Below are positions 48,101 to 61,850 of a stretch of DNA of 64,000 bases, piece after piece. The stretch is from Convolutriloba macropyga (lineage: Eukaryota). The DNA lies in the NCBI RefSeq assembly GCF_964194025.1, contig NC_134480.1:13826001-13890000 (forward strand), written 5' to 3'. Position numbers and translations under genes: made by a program. The notes beneath the pieces are model-generated. The model was not told where the DNA came from. It searched no databases and saw nothing but the letters and a program-made list of their open reading frames with translations. Each line of letters opens with the position of its first letter. The stretch's first letter is position 1.

Positions 48101-51100
48101 ATGTAAACTGTAATCTATATACTGTACAACAGTTTCAAGCGTCACAAGTATAATTGCAGCCGAGATTGTTAAAGCTATAGTCCACGTTAAGCTATTCTTT
48201 GAGTACAACCAGTCGGGTTCCAGGGATTTTGCAGAAAAATATTGTAAGGTTTGCGGCGAGTAGTGGCGAAAATAAATATTTATCACCGCAGAGGGCCCAC
48301 ATCTCATAGTGGTGAATGCATTGAATGCCAAAAGTTTCTTTTTGGTGAAAAATGAATTTTGTGGTTTTTTACCGAACTGTTTTATACCGTAATTATTGAA
48401 TTTTTTTTCGCAAAAAATGCCTTCAGATACATGAGCTTGAACCCCGGACCTACTGCAATGCAACGATATATTTTTTCCACTGTTCCCTAACCAGTTTTGT
48501 ATTTAATCTTGAAATTAAATCACAACACTGAACGAACTAAGTAAAACCGCATTACAAGGCAGATGAGACCTGCCGTTAATAAGACTTCGAGAAAAAGGAA
48601 ACAAAAACCAAATAACAAAAAGCATTAATTTAGACCCAAACTCAATGTCTATTTTTTTAAATAATAAACTTAATAACAAAGTCATAGAGGCATGAGTTAA
48701 CCCCAAAGGCACAGTAAAAAAACATGTGCTTCACTAAAAACGACATGGGATCTGCGAATATAGAGACTAGGTAACAAGAAAAAAAAGAAAAAACATGCAA
48801 AAGTAAAGAAAAAAACGATTTCATTTTTTTGAAGACAATCAATATCAAAAGTCATGAAAACTATTCCCTATCAGTTAAAAATATAGCCATAGAATTGCAA
48901 AAAAGTTGTTTTGACCTCCATGAAGAAAATTGGGGTTGAAATAGAAACAGAAAGTAGAAGAAATCAAAATTGACAGAAAATTATTAGAAGTGCCAAGAAG
49001 TGTTTTAGTTTGATGTCCAGTTTCGCTTAGCTTCAAAAAAACTGAGGCAACCTAAGTCAGCATCTTAACTGGAGGTTATCAGCGCTGATGTCAGCTAGCG
49101 ACTGCACTAAAGAACTTTGATATCCTTTTGCACTAATAACTAATGACAGGGCTTATCAGTTTATCCTATTTCTTTTGATTTTGCTTCTTTGCTCTGACCG
49201 TATTATTAATTTTTTGTAATCCATAGAGTGAATGGATTTCAAGTCAAATTTTTCGAACCAATGGGTGAGCAAGTTGGGAATCAGGCGCTTAAGTCGTGAC
49301 TTATGTAGAACAAAAGCGTCATCAAAAGGTGAAACGAATTAAAAAAAGGAGACCACCTAAATAATAGCCGTTGAGAGGCTGAAAGCTGCAAATAAAAATT
49401 AAGTAGGACCAGTTAGACTTCAATAGGAAGCCACTGAGAAAGTTTCATATCAATTATTTGTCGTACAACTGCCAAGAGAAGGTTGAATACAAAAAAATTT
49501 TAAAAAATACAGTAATTATGTGAGAAAACGTTTTCGAAGCCGTTGAAGACATAACTTTTTCACTGAAGCCTTAGATATATTAAACTGCGCCGCCTCTGTC
49601 AACGCCCAAAGACATGGTATTTGATCTGCATTGAAGGTGAGGAGACCCAGAAAAAAGAACACAAGATTGTGAAACTGACCAAAATAAAACGAAATAAAAA
49701 CCCGTAGCGTCAAAGACAAAAAAACACCATTTTAAACATGAAATGACTTAAAAAACATAATATAAGTGAGGACAAAGAGAATTTGATCAGTCTTTGCTGA
49801 GACTACGCAACAAATTGACAAATTGAAGATATAAAATAGGCAAAGTTTAAAATTTCACTGGTACTTTCTCAAAAACAAAAAAAAATCATATTCATAAGAA
49901 CTATTCGGTATCAAGCGCAATCTTTGTATAAGTTCAATTATGCCACCCCAAGAAAGCCAACGTTATCCATAATTAAATATATGTCATGAGACTGCATTTT
50001 TTGCCCTCATTTCCATATATAACGATTTTTCTTTAGTTGAGCTGTGATTTGAAAGCATTCTGATCTGTAATTATCACAGAAACCTCAAAATCAAAATTGT
50101 TTTGAAGAGAAGAGCTCCCCATTACAATCAAAATAAAGTTTTGAGCATAACAATTCATGGTGAGGCCAATTCTAACCTTGCAACTTCTGCTTATTAATTC
50201 GAAAACAGGCAGTTTTTCATATATTAGCAAAAATAATGTTTTTGCAATAACAATTTCAACAAATCAAAAATAGATGATGCAATTTGTATACTTATTGAGT
50301 TTAAGTAGCAAAAAAACTGGCATAACTTTATTTCCAGAACACTCTCATAGAAAACGGAGTTAAAACTAACCTTCTCTGAAATTTACAAATATGGGGTTAG
50401 CATTTTGTAGGTCTATACTTTTGGCAAATTTGAACATAGTGTGCTAAAGAAGCATATTAGGTGCCATTTTTGATGAAATTGGGGGTGGGGGATGTGGGAA
50501 GGGGGGAAATAGTTCTGAACAGCCTTACTCTGGATGAATGACATATCGTTTGATGTTGTAGAGACTGATTAGTGGAGTGGTATGTTTTGAGTAACTTCTC
50601 AGTTCCACAGTAATCCTTCTTCCTGAAAAATTTCAACTTTTAATTGTATTACAATTGCATTATAATTATAACTGGCTATTTAGTAAGTCATGTAATATAG
50701 GTTTCAAAATTTGTGTGATATTTAAATACAAGAACAGGTTAGTTTCAAGTGTAAATCTGAACTAAATCACACAACTCAAGAAATTAAATTGAATTAAACA
50801 AAAATTAACCTGAAATAGTGTAACGTTGAAGTGGTTGTAAATTAACGGAAATGTACTGTAACTGCACGATTTCAAGTAAAATAGGGTATACTGTATCAAA
50901 ACATACGAACTCGTTGGTTAAAATTGTGTTTTTCTAATGTCTTAATGCTTGTAGATCATCAAAAACTTAGTTCTTTTATCACCAAATTTAAGTCTAACCG
51001 CCTTAAATAAATGTAGGAAAAAACAAGGAAGCTCGTTAATATGCGTTCGCGCATGATTTTCCGACCCGCGCTCATCTACATTTTTGACTTAACTGTCTTT

Positions 51101-53170
51101 TGACTTACATTTTTGACAAAACGATAATCAAAAATAGATGTTTGAGTTTAAAAAATCGTTACACAACCAAACTAATAATTAAAATAAATAATGCCACGCC
51201 TCATTACAAAGAGATCTACATTAAAATGACTACGAAAAAAACCAGCAACAACAAAAAAAGCAAAAAAAATTCACAGCAAAAACTAAGTATCTTAATTTAA
51301 AAGCACCTAGTAACAACGTCAAATTACAATCAGACAAAACCCTAACTACACATATATACTTTTCAGTAACTAAAAATCTGATGGGATTTTTCCTTAATGA
51401 GCCTAGTTAACAAGTGGACAAAACGAAGAAACAAGGAGGAAAAAATCAGAAGAAAAACAAAAGGACCTGTCTTTGGTTAGACTAAGCCACAAAAACGGAA
51501 TAAAGATGCAAAAAAATCAAAAAATTACAAACAACAAATTACAAATATTGTGAAAACACAAATTATTGAAGCCTTTAAAGTCATTAACTATTATCTGAAT
51601 TTTATGTTTTTTATTTCAAATTCAATATATACTAATTTAGCTAAAATTATACAGAATGAATAAATAATTTCAATTGGCTACATTTGAAAATTATTGGGAT
51701 CTGTTATTACGCGATTGTGCTAAAGGACGAGAAAAAAAATCAAAAACACTCCAGTCACATAAAATTTTATGAAAACGCATATTATCCAAAAAAACAGAAC
51801 ATCAGTTACGTCATAAAATCAGTAACCATGTTAATTTTTAAAATATAAAGATTTGTCTGGGATCCCTCAATGATAAGAATGAGATATAAGTTACGAAAAG
51901 AACAACAAAAACTGAAAAAATTCACAAATCATTGAAAATCTTAAAAAGGCATAAATCTTAATCTTTAAGTTATCTCACAAAAAATTGACTGCTTGCAGTA
52001 AAATAATTCATTTAATTCTCAATCACGAGCTTATGGGACTGGTTAGCATTTTAGGGATACCTATAGATCTAAAAAAGCAAAAATATTAAAATAAAAAAAA
52101 TGAGCGAGAAAAGTGTCGAAGCCATCAAAAATGAACCTCTCGCAAAAATTTTCTACGATCGGTTAAGAATTAATTCGAAACAACGAAATCTTTGAGAAAA
52201 CCTGTAGTATCAATGACATTAAATTCAACAGCTTTCAACCGATGCTAACAAACACTCTAACTTATGCCTTTATGAAACCATAATGATGCTATTTATTCAA
52301 AAGTCATGAGTAGAAAATTACAATAAGTCATTGACTATGAAAACAAAAACAAATACAGGCAAAATCCAAGAATTACTTAGAAAAATGCGAGAAGAAAGTG
52401 TCGAAGCCATTAATCCTTTGAAAACTTTATCCATGATCCACTGAACATCTTCTCTAAGCCAATGAGAGTTATCAATCGCAGGATAATGTGATGAGTTCAA
52501 GAAAAATCATTAATAAAAAATATCCAAAAAATTTTTTTAATTTTTGAAATCTTGTGGCATTGAAATCATATAACAAAAAGTTAGAGGAAAAAACCAAGAT
52601 TTTCTCGAAAAATCATTTTTAAAGCCTTGACAGTCATTAGCTGTCCACTGAAAGCTCTAAAAAGGTTCACTTAATGCTCATTAAGATACCTATTGCACTT
52701 TTAATCAACGAAACTATGCCATAGGACTCCAAAATATGAAAAGTTTTATAAAAGTGCTCTCAAATAGAATTAGAAATTTTTGATTTTTAAACTTCCTTAT
52801 GGGACCAGAACTAGTCTTTTTTATCGCCTTTCGTCTATTAGGATTTCAAAATTGAATCAATTTTGGCGTGAAATTTAATTTTGATTTTAATATTTAATTA
52901 AAAAACTTAAATTGATGAAAAACTACACTATAAGTGAACAAAAGCAGGCCAAATATCCCGTGGTCGCACAAAATTTTAATCCTCGATATCTCCTTGAAAA
53001 ATACGAAAATCAAAAAATTCTTTTTTTTTACTCGATTTCTATGCTGGACCAATTTTTTTATGATACTACTCACATTTCTGTACCATGAATATATTGATCG
53101 GCCAAAATTGTTTGAGCACAAAAAAACCGATTTGAGTATATAGTTCCTCCCCACAAATGGGGTCAGAACA
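45181..53170. mobile_element. ~8-kb non-autonomous element bounded by >200-bp imperfect TIRs, inside the pseudo-protease gene
   Basis: Left TGTTCCGACCC..GGAACTATATACTCAAATGGG..; right end reverse-complements to TGTTCTGACCCC..GGAACTATATACTCAAATCGG..; similarity runs ~230 bp. Internal inverted match 47770-47830 vs 51030-51090. No TSD recognised. Confidence 0.65.
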
Positions 53171-56100
53171 ATGACATGGCGCGAACCTACAGTTTCGAAG
53201 AACTAATAAAAACAGCCAATGGATGAAAATGAAATGCAAACCCTCTCATATCATTTCTTCTTCGTAATTTCAATCAAATGAATTTAGAGACGAGACAAAA
53301 ATCTGTGCAATAAATTTCAAAAAGCTTTCTTTAATTTGTTTGACAATATTTTAAATAATATGTCATAGTGTTAAAAATCAATAACATTTGAGAGAATATT
53401 TCTGCACTAAAATGATATCTGGAGTTTTTTAAAGTTGGACTGAAACATTAGAGCAGTACTAAATTTCAGAACCTAAAATTTTTTGTCAGAAGTAATTTTT
53501 CTTAAATTTGATGATAACTCTCTGGATAATTCTCTGATAAACCAATTTTGAAGTTTAAAACAATCAACACTGAGTTCGGCAGCTTTTAAGAACTTAAAAC
53601 AAATCCTTTTTGCTATTTTTGCATTCTAAATTTACACGCTCAACTAACCTAAATTTTTCAGAGCTCCATTTTAGACCCTAAAATAAATCTTTTTGGTCAT
53701 TCGTCAGCGGCCCGTTGAACTTGATAGAAATCTTTTACAACAGAACATGCGATATGCTTTCTCCAGAATTTTTCTTTGGCTTGTTGCGATTCGCGGTCAT
53801 ATGTCTGTAAAATTTTGCTTCTTGTCTTGAAAAATAATGGAATATAGTGATCAGTAAGCCGAAGCCAAACAAACAATTGTTATGATCTTGATTCCAATCA
53901 GGCAGCAATAAAACTTCTATATCTTAATATTTAATCAATTTTTACTACGTTTTTTTCAGAAATTGTTTCTTTTTGCAATTAAAGATTGTTCTTGAATAGA
54001 ATTTCAGCAAATATTTAGAAGATACTTAGTTTAAGAACAGTTTAATCAGCTCAATGGAACGAGAAAGCCACTAATACACCAATAGAATGCCACGCACGCT
54101 AGTTAAAATGGCAGACGTATGAAAATATAGAAATGTTGCTAGCGTTAAATCAGAACTAAAAAACCTAAATACTGTTTTCTCATTGATTTATTGCTCCATG
54201 AAACAATCAACAAACGTTCTTTGTTTTAAACTAGGATGTAATAATTAACATAAATATGCTCAGAAATACCATTATGCAGAAGAAGAAATGTTCTTAATTT
54301 AGATTATTCCAACGCTCAATAATGATAGATTAAAATTAAGCCCAAAGGACCGCAGAGGCATGAACTGTTCTCATGAGGCACGACCAAATGCTACAGACAT
54401 TTACCTTTGATTTAAGCGTATTTGAAAAATATGTTAATTGACTGCAGTAAAATTGCAGTGTTCGAATTGTTAGCCAATCGAGTCTGTTGAAAAATATGCA
54501 TTTTGGTACAGGTATTGGTTAAGACATCAACACAAGTTAAAAATTGTTGAATGTTTTGCCGCAATAACATGCCTTTAATTTTATTCAATTTTATCCTGTT
54601 TCTAAGTAAATAAACATTAGTGGAAACTATTTTTTAAAAAATGCGTCGTTTTTTAGTCAATCAGTTTAGAGTAATTGAAGTACGCATAAGATGCATTGTA
54701 ATTTTTGTAAGGAATTTGAAAAAAAAGTACAAATAAAATAATTTCAATAAACCTAATCATTATAAATATCAATGAGGTGCGTTTTTTTATAAATTTTCCT
54801 TTTTTGCACGTTTTGTACGGAATGGTGACCGGCTTTGATCTTAAGCATCGAAACTAGACTGATACTTATTAGCAAGAGCATCAAGAAATCTTTGCCGTCT
54901 AAACAACGTGTTGCTATCGGATCTTTATTGATAGTATAATTCTTTGTGTCGTTCTGTTAGTGTTCTTTGAACAGAGACTGAAATTCGATCGGCCAAAGTT
55001 TTTTGAACAAAAAAACCGATTTGAGTATATAGTTCCTCCCCCACAAATGGGGTCAGAACAATGACATGGCGCGACCCTACAGTTTCGAAGAACTAATATA
55101 AACAGCCAATGGATGAAAATGAAATGCAAACAATCTCATATCATTTCTTCTTCGTAATTTCAATCAAATGAATTTAGAGACGAGACAAAAATCTGTGCAA
55201 TAAATTTCAAAAAGCTTTTTTTAAATTTGTTTGACAATATTTTTAAAATAATATGTCATAGTGTTAAAAATCATTAAGATTTGAGAGAATATTTCTCCAC
55301 TAAAATGATATCTACAGTTTTTTAAAAGTTGGACTTAAACATTAGAGCAGTACTAAATTTCAGAACCTAAAATTCTTTGTCAGAAATAATTTTTCTTAAA
55401 TTTGATGACAATTCTCTGGATAAGTCTCTGATAAACAATTTTTGAAGATTAAAACAATCAACACTGAGTTCGGCAGCTTTTAAGAACTTAAAAGAAATCC
55501 TTTTTTGCTATTTTTGCATTCTTAATTTACACGCTCAACCAACCTAAATTTGTCAAAGCTCCATTTTAGACCCTTAAATAAATCTTTTTGGTCATTCGTC
55601 AGCGGACCGTTGGACTTGATAGGAATCTTCTACAACAGAACATGCGATATGCTTTCTCCAGAAACTTTTTTTCGCTCGTTGCGATTCGCGGTCATATGTC
55701 TGTAAAATTTTGCTTCTTCTCTTGAAAAATAATGGAATATAGTGATCAGTAAGCCGAAGCCAAACAAACAATTGTTATGATCTTGATTCCAATCAGTCAA
55801 AAAACTTCTATATATTAATATTTGAGCAATTTTTATTACGTTTTTTCCGAAATTGTTTCTTTTTGCAATGAAAGATTATTCTTGAATAGTATTGCAGCAA
55901 ATATTTAAAAGATACTTAGTTTAAAAACAGCTTAATCAGCCCAATGGAACGGTAAACGTACGTCTGCCATAAACGTACGTCTGCCATAAAAATGGCAGAC
56001 GTATGAAAATTTAGAAATGTTGTTAGCGTCAAATGAGAACTAAAAATACTGTTTTCTCATTGATTTGTTGCTCCATGAAACAATTAATTAAAGTTCTCTG

Positions 56101-56861
56101 TTTTAATTTAGGATGTAATTATTAACATAAATATGCTCAGAAACAGCATTATGCAGAAGAAGAAATGTTTTTAATTTAGATTATTCCAACGCTCAGTAAT
56201 GATAGATTAAAATTAAGCCCAAAGAAGAGCAGAGGCATGACCAATTCCCATAAGGCACGACCAAATGCTACAGACATTTACCTTTGATTTTAGTGTATTT
56301 GAAAAATATGTGAATTGACTGCAATTAAATTGCAGTGTTCGACTTTCTTAGTCTGTTCAAAAAAATGCAATTTGGTACAGGTATTGGTTAAGACATCAAC
56401 ACAAGTTAAAAATTGTTGGCAGTTTTGCTGAAATAATATGCCTTTAATTTTATCCGATTTTATCCTGTTACTAAATAAATAAACATTAGTGGAAAATATT
56501 TTTAAAAAATGCGTCGTTTTTTTAGCCAATCAGTTTAGAGTAATTGAAGTACGCATAAGATGCATTGTAATTTACGTAAGAAACTTGAAAAAAAGTGCAA
56601 ATAAAATAGTTTCAATAAACCTAATCATTTAAAATATCAATAAGGCGCGTTTAAATATTTTTATAAATTTTCGGTTTTTGCACCTTTTGTACGGAGTGGT
56701 GACCGGCTTTGATCTTAAGTATCGAAACTAGAGGATACTTAAGATTAGTAAGAGCATCAAGAAGTCTTTGCCGTCTAAACTACGTGTTGCTATCGGATCT
56801 TTAATGGTAATACGCTTCTTTGTATCGTTCTGTTAGTGTTCTTTGAATAGAGACTGAAATT
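53096..56861. repeat. Tandem duplication of a ~1.89-kb unit (53096-54986, 54987-56861), highly similar copies
   Basis: Both units start GATCGGCCAAA and end AGAGACTGAAATT; collinear throughout. Confidence 0.95.
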
Positions 56862-57481
56862 AAAGAAGTAGATTATATCGGTCTAAGGTGATTTATCTGA
56901 GACATATATGGGATTACAACCCACAACGCATGAAATAGAGTAGTCGCCTGAAGTCGTGCTTATGCTGAGGTTAATAGGACGTCTGAACAACTGTTGACTA
57001 AATAAAATTGTCTTGAAAGGGAGTTTTGAAAAGGTCCCTTTGCTCTTTAAAACGGTTCTGTGTCTCAGTGTCCTATTTAATACGTATATGCATAAGGCCG
57101 AGGGACAGAGTAGTTTTTATTTGCTCACAACACGCGTTTATCAGAACTCAATCAAATGATTTTCGGCTCTATGGTTTTTGTAATGCGTAGAAATTAAATT
57201 TTGAAAAAAAGTTCAAGGCTTCTGCCTACAATATATTTTGAGCTTCTATGCAATTGAAAATGAAGGCAATTTTGCAGAAATGGCAATTAAAATAAGTGAA
57301 AAAAGTTCAACAAAACGTCCTTAACGAATGAAAAATCTTTATAAATTCTCTATCCAGAACTGCAATTGATTATTTGACCCGTCAAACTAGGAATGAAACA
57401 AACCAAACATATGGCTTTACTTTTTCTAAGAGTAATTTTTAATTTTGTTGGAGGAAATCCAGGCAGACGCAAGCAAAAAAA

Positions 57482-57660
57482 GACAATTACTAGACTCGAA
57501 CTAGCCTTTCTTATTTGAAAGCCTTTTGTGCTAACCATTGTACCAAATGATCGTAAGCTCCCAAACTTGAACATCTATAATCACTAATTCTCACGTGCTT
57601 GCTTTCTCATCCAGGCTCATTTTTCTAGCTAAGTGTACGTTGAGCAAGTAGAGCTTCTTC
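57482..57660 (-). mobile_element. Second copy of the tRNA-containing repeat (tRNA-like part 57482-57552)
   Basis: gaagaagctctacttgctcaacgtacacttagctag... matches 16341-16380; T arm GCTAG-TTCGAGT-CTAGT. Confidence 0.7.
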
Positions 57661-58150
57661 TTTTTTTGTGCAATTAGCAGTAGTGTGTTTTCCCTCAATG
57701 CTCCTACAATTGTGTTGTAATTTAATTTCAATTTCATTAAGTGTGTATTATTTTTTAAAATTAAACAAAAAAGTCTATACCGTTAGTTTATTTGTTTATA
57801 GAAAAGTTGCAAACCATATTATGAACCTCCAAAAAATGGAAGCACTTTCGGCAGTAAAATCATGTCGATTAGACTGCTAGAGAAGAACAATTCTATAATA
57901 CGAAAATATTTTTTCATTTTTATGAACGTTGACAAGCTTTCCTATTTTTGTAATGAGCAGCAATTGTCATATTTTAAGGAAGTATTTTCAGCACATGACC
58001 AAATAGGTTAAAAGTGCTCGAAACAAAATGAAAACAATAAATTATAAATCTTTTATAAATCATACATACAGCAATTGAAGTTTATTCTCTGTTGTTGAAT
58101 TGGAGTCATATTTTTTAAAACATCGATTTCTTTTTCTTAATATTTTCCTA

Positions 58151-58460
58151 CACACTAAACAAAAATTAAGGTATTTTTACCTTACCGGAGTTAAGGTAAA
58201 CCGTTGATAAGGTAAAGTTCAGGTAAAGTTTACCTAATTTTCAACTTAACTCGAGTTAAAGTGAAAATTTACGTTAACTCTGTTAAGGTAAAATTACCTT
58301 AACTTTATTTAGTTAAGGTAGTGAGGCCTTAACTTATCAGGTAAAGTTCTGGTAAAGTTAGGGTAGTTAAGGTGAGTTAAGGAAAGGCAAATCTACCTTA
58401 ACAGTTAAGGTGAGTTGGGATGTTTTTTAAGGTAGTGATACCTTAACTTTATTTAGTGTG
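58151..58460. mobile_element. MITE with CACACTAAA TIRs, TA TSD and TTAAGGT/ACCTTAA subrepeats
   Basis: TA|CACACTAAACAAAAATTAAGGTA ... TACCTTAACTTTATTTAGTGTG|TA. Confidence 0.9.
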
Positions 58461-58505
58461 TAAAATAAAAAGAACTTTTAAAAGCTCCTATCCGTATGTG
58501 CTAAC

Positions 58506-58734
58506 CATAAAATGCTCTAAAGCAATGCGCCGCAGATATAACCCAATAAGGACTGATGATTGCCCCTCCACAGAAATCAGGTCTCTCGAATAGCACCTTC
58601 ACGTAAAAAGGTCTCCCCGGGCTGTCGATTCCATTAATGAGACTTGTGCGTAAAATGCTACTAAAATTTTTAGCTTCAATTGTAAATGAGTTGAACAAAA
58701 AAATTAGAAGCACCAACAAAATTTTCAGTCCCAT
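58506..58734 (-). CDS. Trypsin-fold homologue exon 1: signal peptide, propeptide, LING mature start, CGGAII..WVISAAHC
   Basis: Hydrophobic MGLKILLVLLIFLF; conserved His57 motif; donor G|GTTAGC (phase 1). Confidence 0.88.
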
Positions 58735-58775
58735 GATCAAGTTAGAAGACAAATACAAAACCGAAGGCGGGCAGT

Positions 58776-58783
58776 TATTTATA
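58776..58783 (-). promoter_or_regulatory. Candidate TATA box (TATAAATA) of the pseudo-protease gene
   Basis: About 42 nt upstream of the ATG, correct orientation; AT-rich background lowers specificity. Confidence 0.5.
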
Positions 58784-60863
58784 AGATACTAAAATTTAGC
58801 TATTGGCACAAAAAACTGTTAGTTTTCCAAGTTGAACATGACCTCTATGCATCAATTTGAAATCTAATGACCCTGGCTCGAAAATGGTCAAAGAACAGTT
58901 CATTGTTATTTTAACGTATTTATCTAAGTAGAATTTATTGTTTATCTGTTTGTTTCGATAGTTCAAGTGTTTCAAATTGTCAACATTGGAGGTGTTCCAA
59001 GGTTCATTCGGCTGTTTTTAATTCTTGATCTAAACAGGGTGACATTGAAATATAACATACCAAAGAAGAAATGTAGAATGTTAATCAAAAAATGAACTTT
59101 CATAGCACTCAACTAAGGTCATTTTTTGCAGAATGTAGTAAATTGTTATTGAAAAGTGTAATGTCAAGTTGTAGAAATTGAATAGGGACAAATTTTAGGT
59201 GGGGGGGGGGGGGGTACAATATCCTGGCAAATCAAAAATCTGTTTTTTTTTTCTGGTGACCTTCCGGTTCATGCTATCTGCAATCTCAGCTGAAAATTTT
59301 AAATTTAATAAATTAGGCCAACTTATCATAGTATTGTGCACAAATGATTGAAAACTTTCTATAAGAATAAAATAAACAGCCATAGTAATCAATACAATTT
59401 TCCATGGTTAAATTTAGCAGTAGCCGTTTTTCAAGCTGATTTTGGGCAGAGTCATGCTTGCTAACTTAAGTTACATCACTTGAAAAACAGATTAAAGTTG
59501 TCCTATGTGCCCCAAAATCAAAGTAAAAGACTTTTTTGGAAAATTTTTTCTACAAGATTTGTCGACAAAATAATCAATTTTAAAAGCACCATAAAGCAAC
59601 CGAATGAAAAACATCAAATACTTGCTACTAAAAAATTATGCCTATTTTCATCGAATGTTGAGATTGAAATAAATTTTCGCTGACCTCTGATATTTTTTTT
59701 CTGGTATCAATGTTAGTAAAAAAATAGTGAAAAAGACAGAAAACAGATTCCACAATAATTTAATCAAAAATAATGGTTTCAAAATTTTGGATCGAAGAGA
59801 GAAAAATCACTGACAAAAAAAACAAGAAAGGAGCCATTGCGAAAGTCCTGTTGACAGATAGTTCTGATTATGACTGCTGTTTGTCCATGGCTGTCCATTT
59901 TCAAACTCAGCACCGTTTGAAAATTTTAATTGCTTCAAAACTGCATGATTACAGATCGAATTAGATTAAACTAGAAAACACCCCCGTTGCCGCCCCATTT
60001 TTTTAAATTTTGAAAGCCGCTGGCCTTTCTCGAATAACATTGTAAATACTGTTTGCATATTTTACTCCGAATGACAACTCTGAACAACTCAGAACCAAAT
60101 AACAACTCTTTGATAAAAGCAATACTTCGGATGTGGACAACATTGATCAAATATTTGAAAATTTAGCTAGTGGTGTTTGCAAATATTTTAGTGATAATCC
60201 TCTAATTTGAGCGTTTAATTTTGCTCAGAAATTTTTCATTAGTAGAAAGTTCATTGCTGAAATACAGTTTGCGGCTGCTCCAGACCCAATTCAGTCCCCG
60301 GACTTAAATGTTCTTGAGGACTGTGATATGGGCAGTCGACGCCGGTAGTTGACAACGGTAACAAGATCTCTTTCATGTACAATCTTTGACAACTATAGGT
60401 GAACAGGGATAACAGCATTGAAGTATTCGAGAATTCTGAGATTCACTAATAATTCTCTTCAACTTTAAGCCTGTAGCTTTTACAAAAAACTCTTATTGGT
60501 TAATTCAATATAAAATTCAGTCATTTACCGTAGAAAGCGCGTGGGAGTTAGTTGCTCAGTTTGGATAACATAATAAAAATCGACCTAAGTAGACAAAATG
60601 GTTACTTTTTGAATTTCATCAATTCAAGAGAGTTCCTTTTGCAATTCCATTAAAAAACTGTAGATCTCAATTAGCTTCATCGCGTTCTCAAAAATATTCC
60701 CAAAATATTGACTTTGATTGAGTTTTCAAATTCATATGTCAGTATTTTCTCAAAAAAATTTAGTGGCCCTTCATTTTTATACTTTTTTTGTAATTTATTC
60801 ACACTTTTCCAGATTCAATTTTTTTCAAACATCCATTTACATTCATGTCTTGCAACATTTTAT

Positions 60864-61061
60864 NNNNNNNNNNNNNNNNNNNNNNNNNNNNNNNNNNNNN
60901 NNNNNNNNNNNNNNNNNNNNNNNNNNNNNNNNNNNNNNNNNNNNNNNNNNNNNNNNNNNNNNNNNNNNNNNNNNNNNNNNNNNNNNNNNNNNNNNNNNNN
61001 NNNNNNNNNNNNNNNNNNNNNNNNNNNNNNNNNNNNNNNNNNNNNNNNNNNNNNNNNNNNN
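60864..61061. other. Assembly gap (N run)
   Basis: 198 N. Confidence 1.
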
Positions 61062-61298
61062 TTGTAAGTAATTTGTAAGTCGAATGGTTAATTTGTAAGA
61101 GCCTTGTAAGTCGAATGGTTAACTTGTAAGAACTTGTAAGTCGAATGGTTAACTTGTAAGAACTTGCAAGTCGAAGGGTTAACTTGTAAGAACTTGCAAG
61201 TTTTTGGAAGAAAAACTTGCAAGGCGATGCATCGCCTTGTAAGTTTCTGCCAGAAACTTGCAAGTTCTTACAAGATAACCATTCGGCCTCGACCCGGG
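61062..61298. mobile_element. MITE right arm: 30-bp CTTGTAAGTCGAATGGTTAACTTGTAAGAA repeats ending CCTCGACCCGGG
   Basis: Same terminal 12 bp as the 28361-28935 MITE; the left part probably lies in the gap. Confidence 0.75.
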
Positions 61299-61299
61299 C

Positions 61300-61850
61300 T
61301 GACCCAAATCTAGGACCGAATTATGCTTACTGTTGTTCGCGCATCTGAAAGCGAATCATTGTGACGGTATATCCAATTTTGAATATGACCTATTTTTGAT
61401 TATTCTGACTGTTCATCACACACGCTTACATCTCTAATGTTGTGAGAAGATTCATCAAAAAAGTTTCATACCAGGGAAAACATATTTGATAAAATATTTA
61501 TATATTTATATTTTATTATTTGCAGCAACAAGACATCATTTTTGACCGTAATCCGAGATACCCAAACAATTCTTTGAATTTTTGAGCCCATCGATTTTAG
61601 AAAATTCTTCAATTTGCCTAAAACTTTATTGTTTACTTGACCCAAATCTAAGACCTAATTATGCTGGCTGCTGCTCGTGGAGCTTAAAACAGGCCTCGGG
61701 AATTCTTGTGACAGTATTTCTAATTTTGAAGCAAATCTGAATTCGTTTTTCATATTTTGACTTTTTGCCAAACATGCTTACACCTCTAATAGTGCAATTC
61801 GGTCCATGATAAAAGTGTCACTGTCGGGAGAACATATTTGATAAAATGCG
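61300..61850. repeat. Old imperfect direct duplication (~200 bp; 61300-61495 vs 61638-61846)
   Basis: tgacccaaatcta..attatgct and aacatatttgataaaat recur at ~340-350 bp offset. Confidence 0.65.

Noticed and set aside
57536-57574. Apparent 39-nt AG/GT-bounded middle exon for the pseudo-protease (DVQVWELTIIWYN)
   Set aside because: It lies wholly within the tRNA-containing repeat copy, so the splice-like signals are probably coincidental; exonisation is not excluded.
60708-61263. ORFs spanning N runs (also 19368-19838)
   Set aside because: Artefacts of assembly gaps and repeats.
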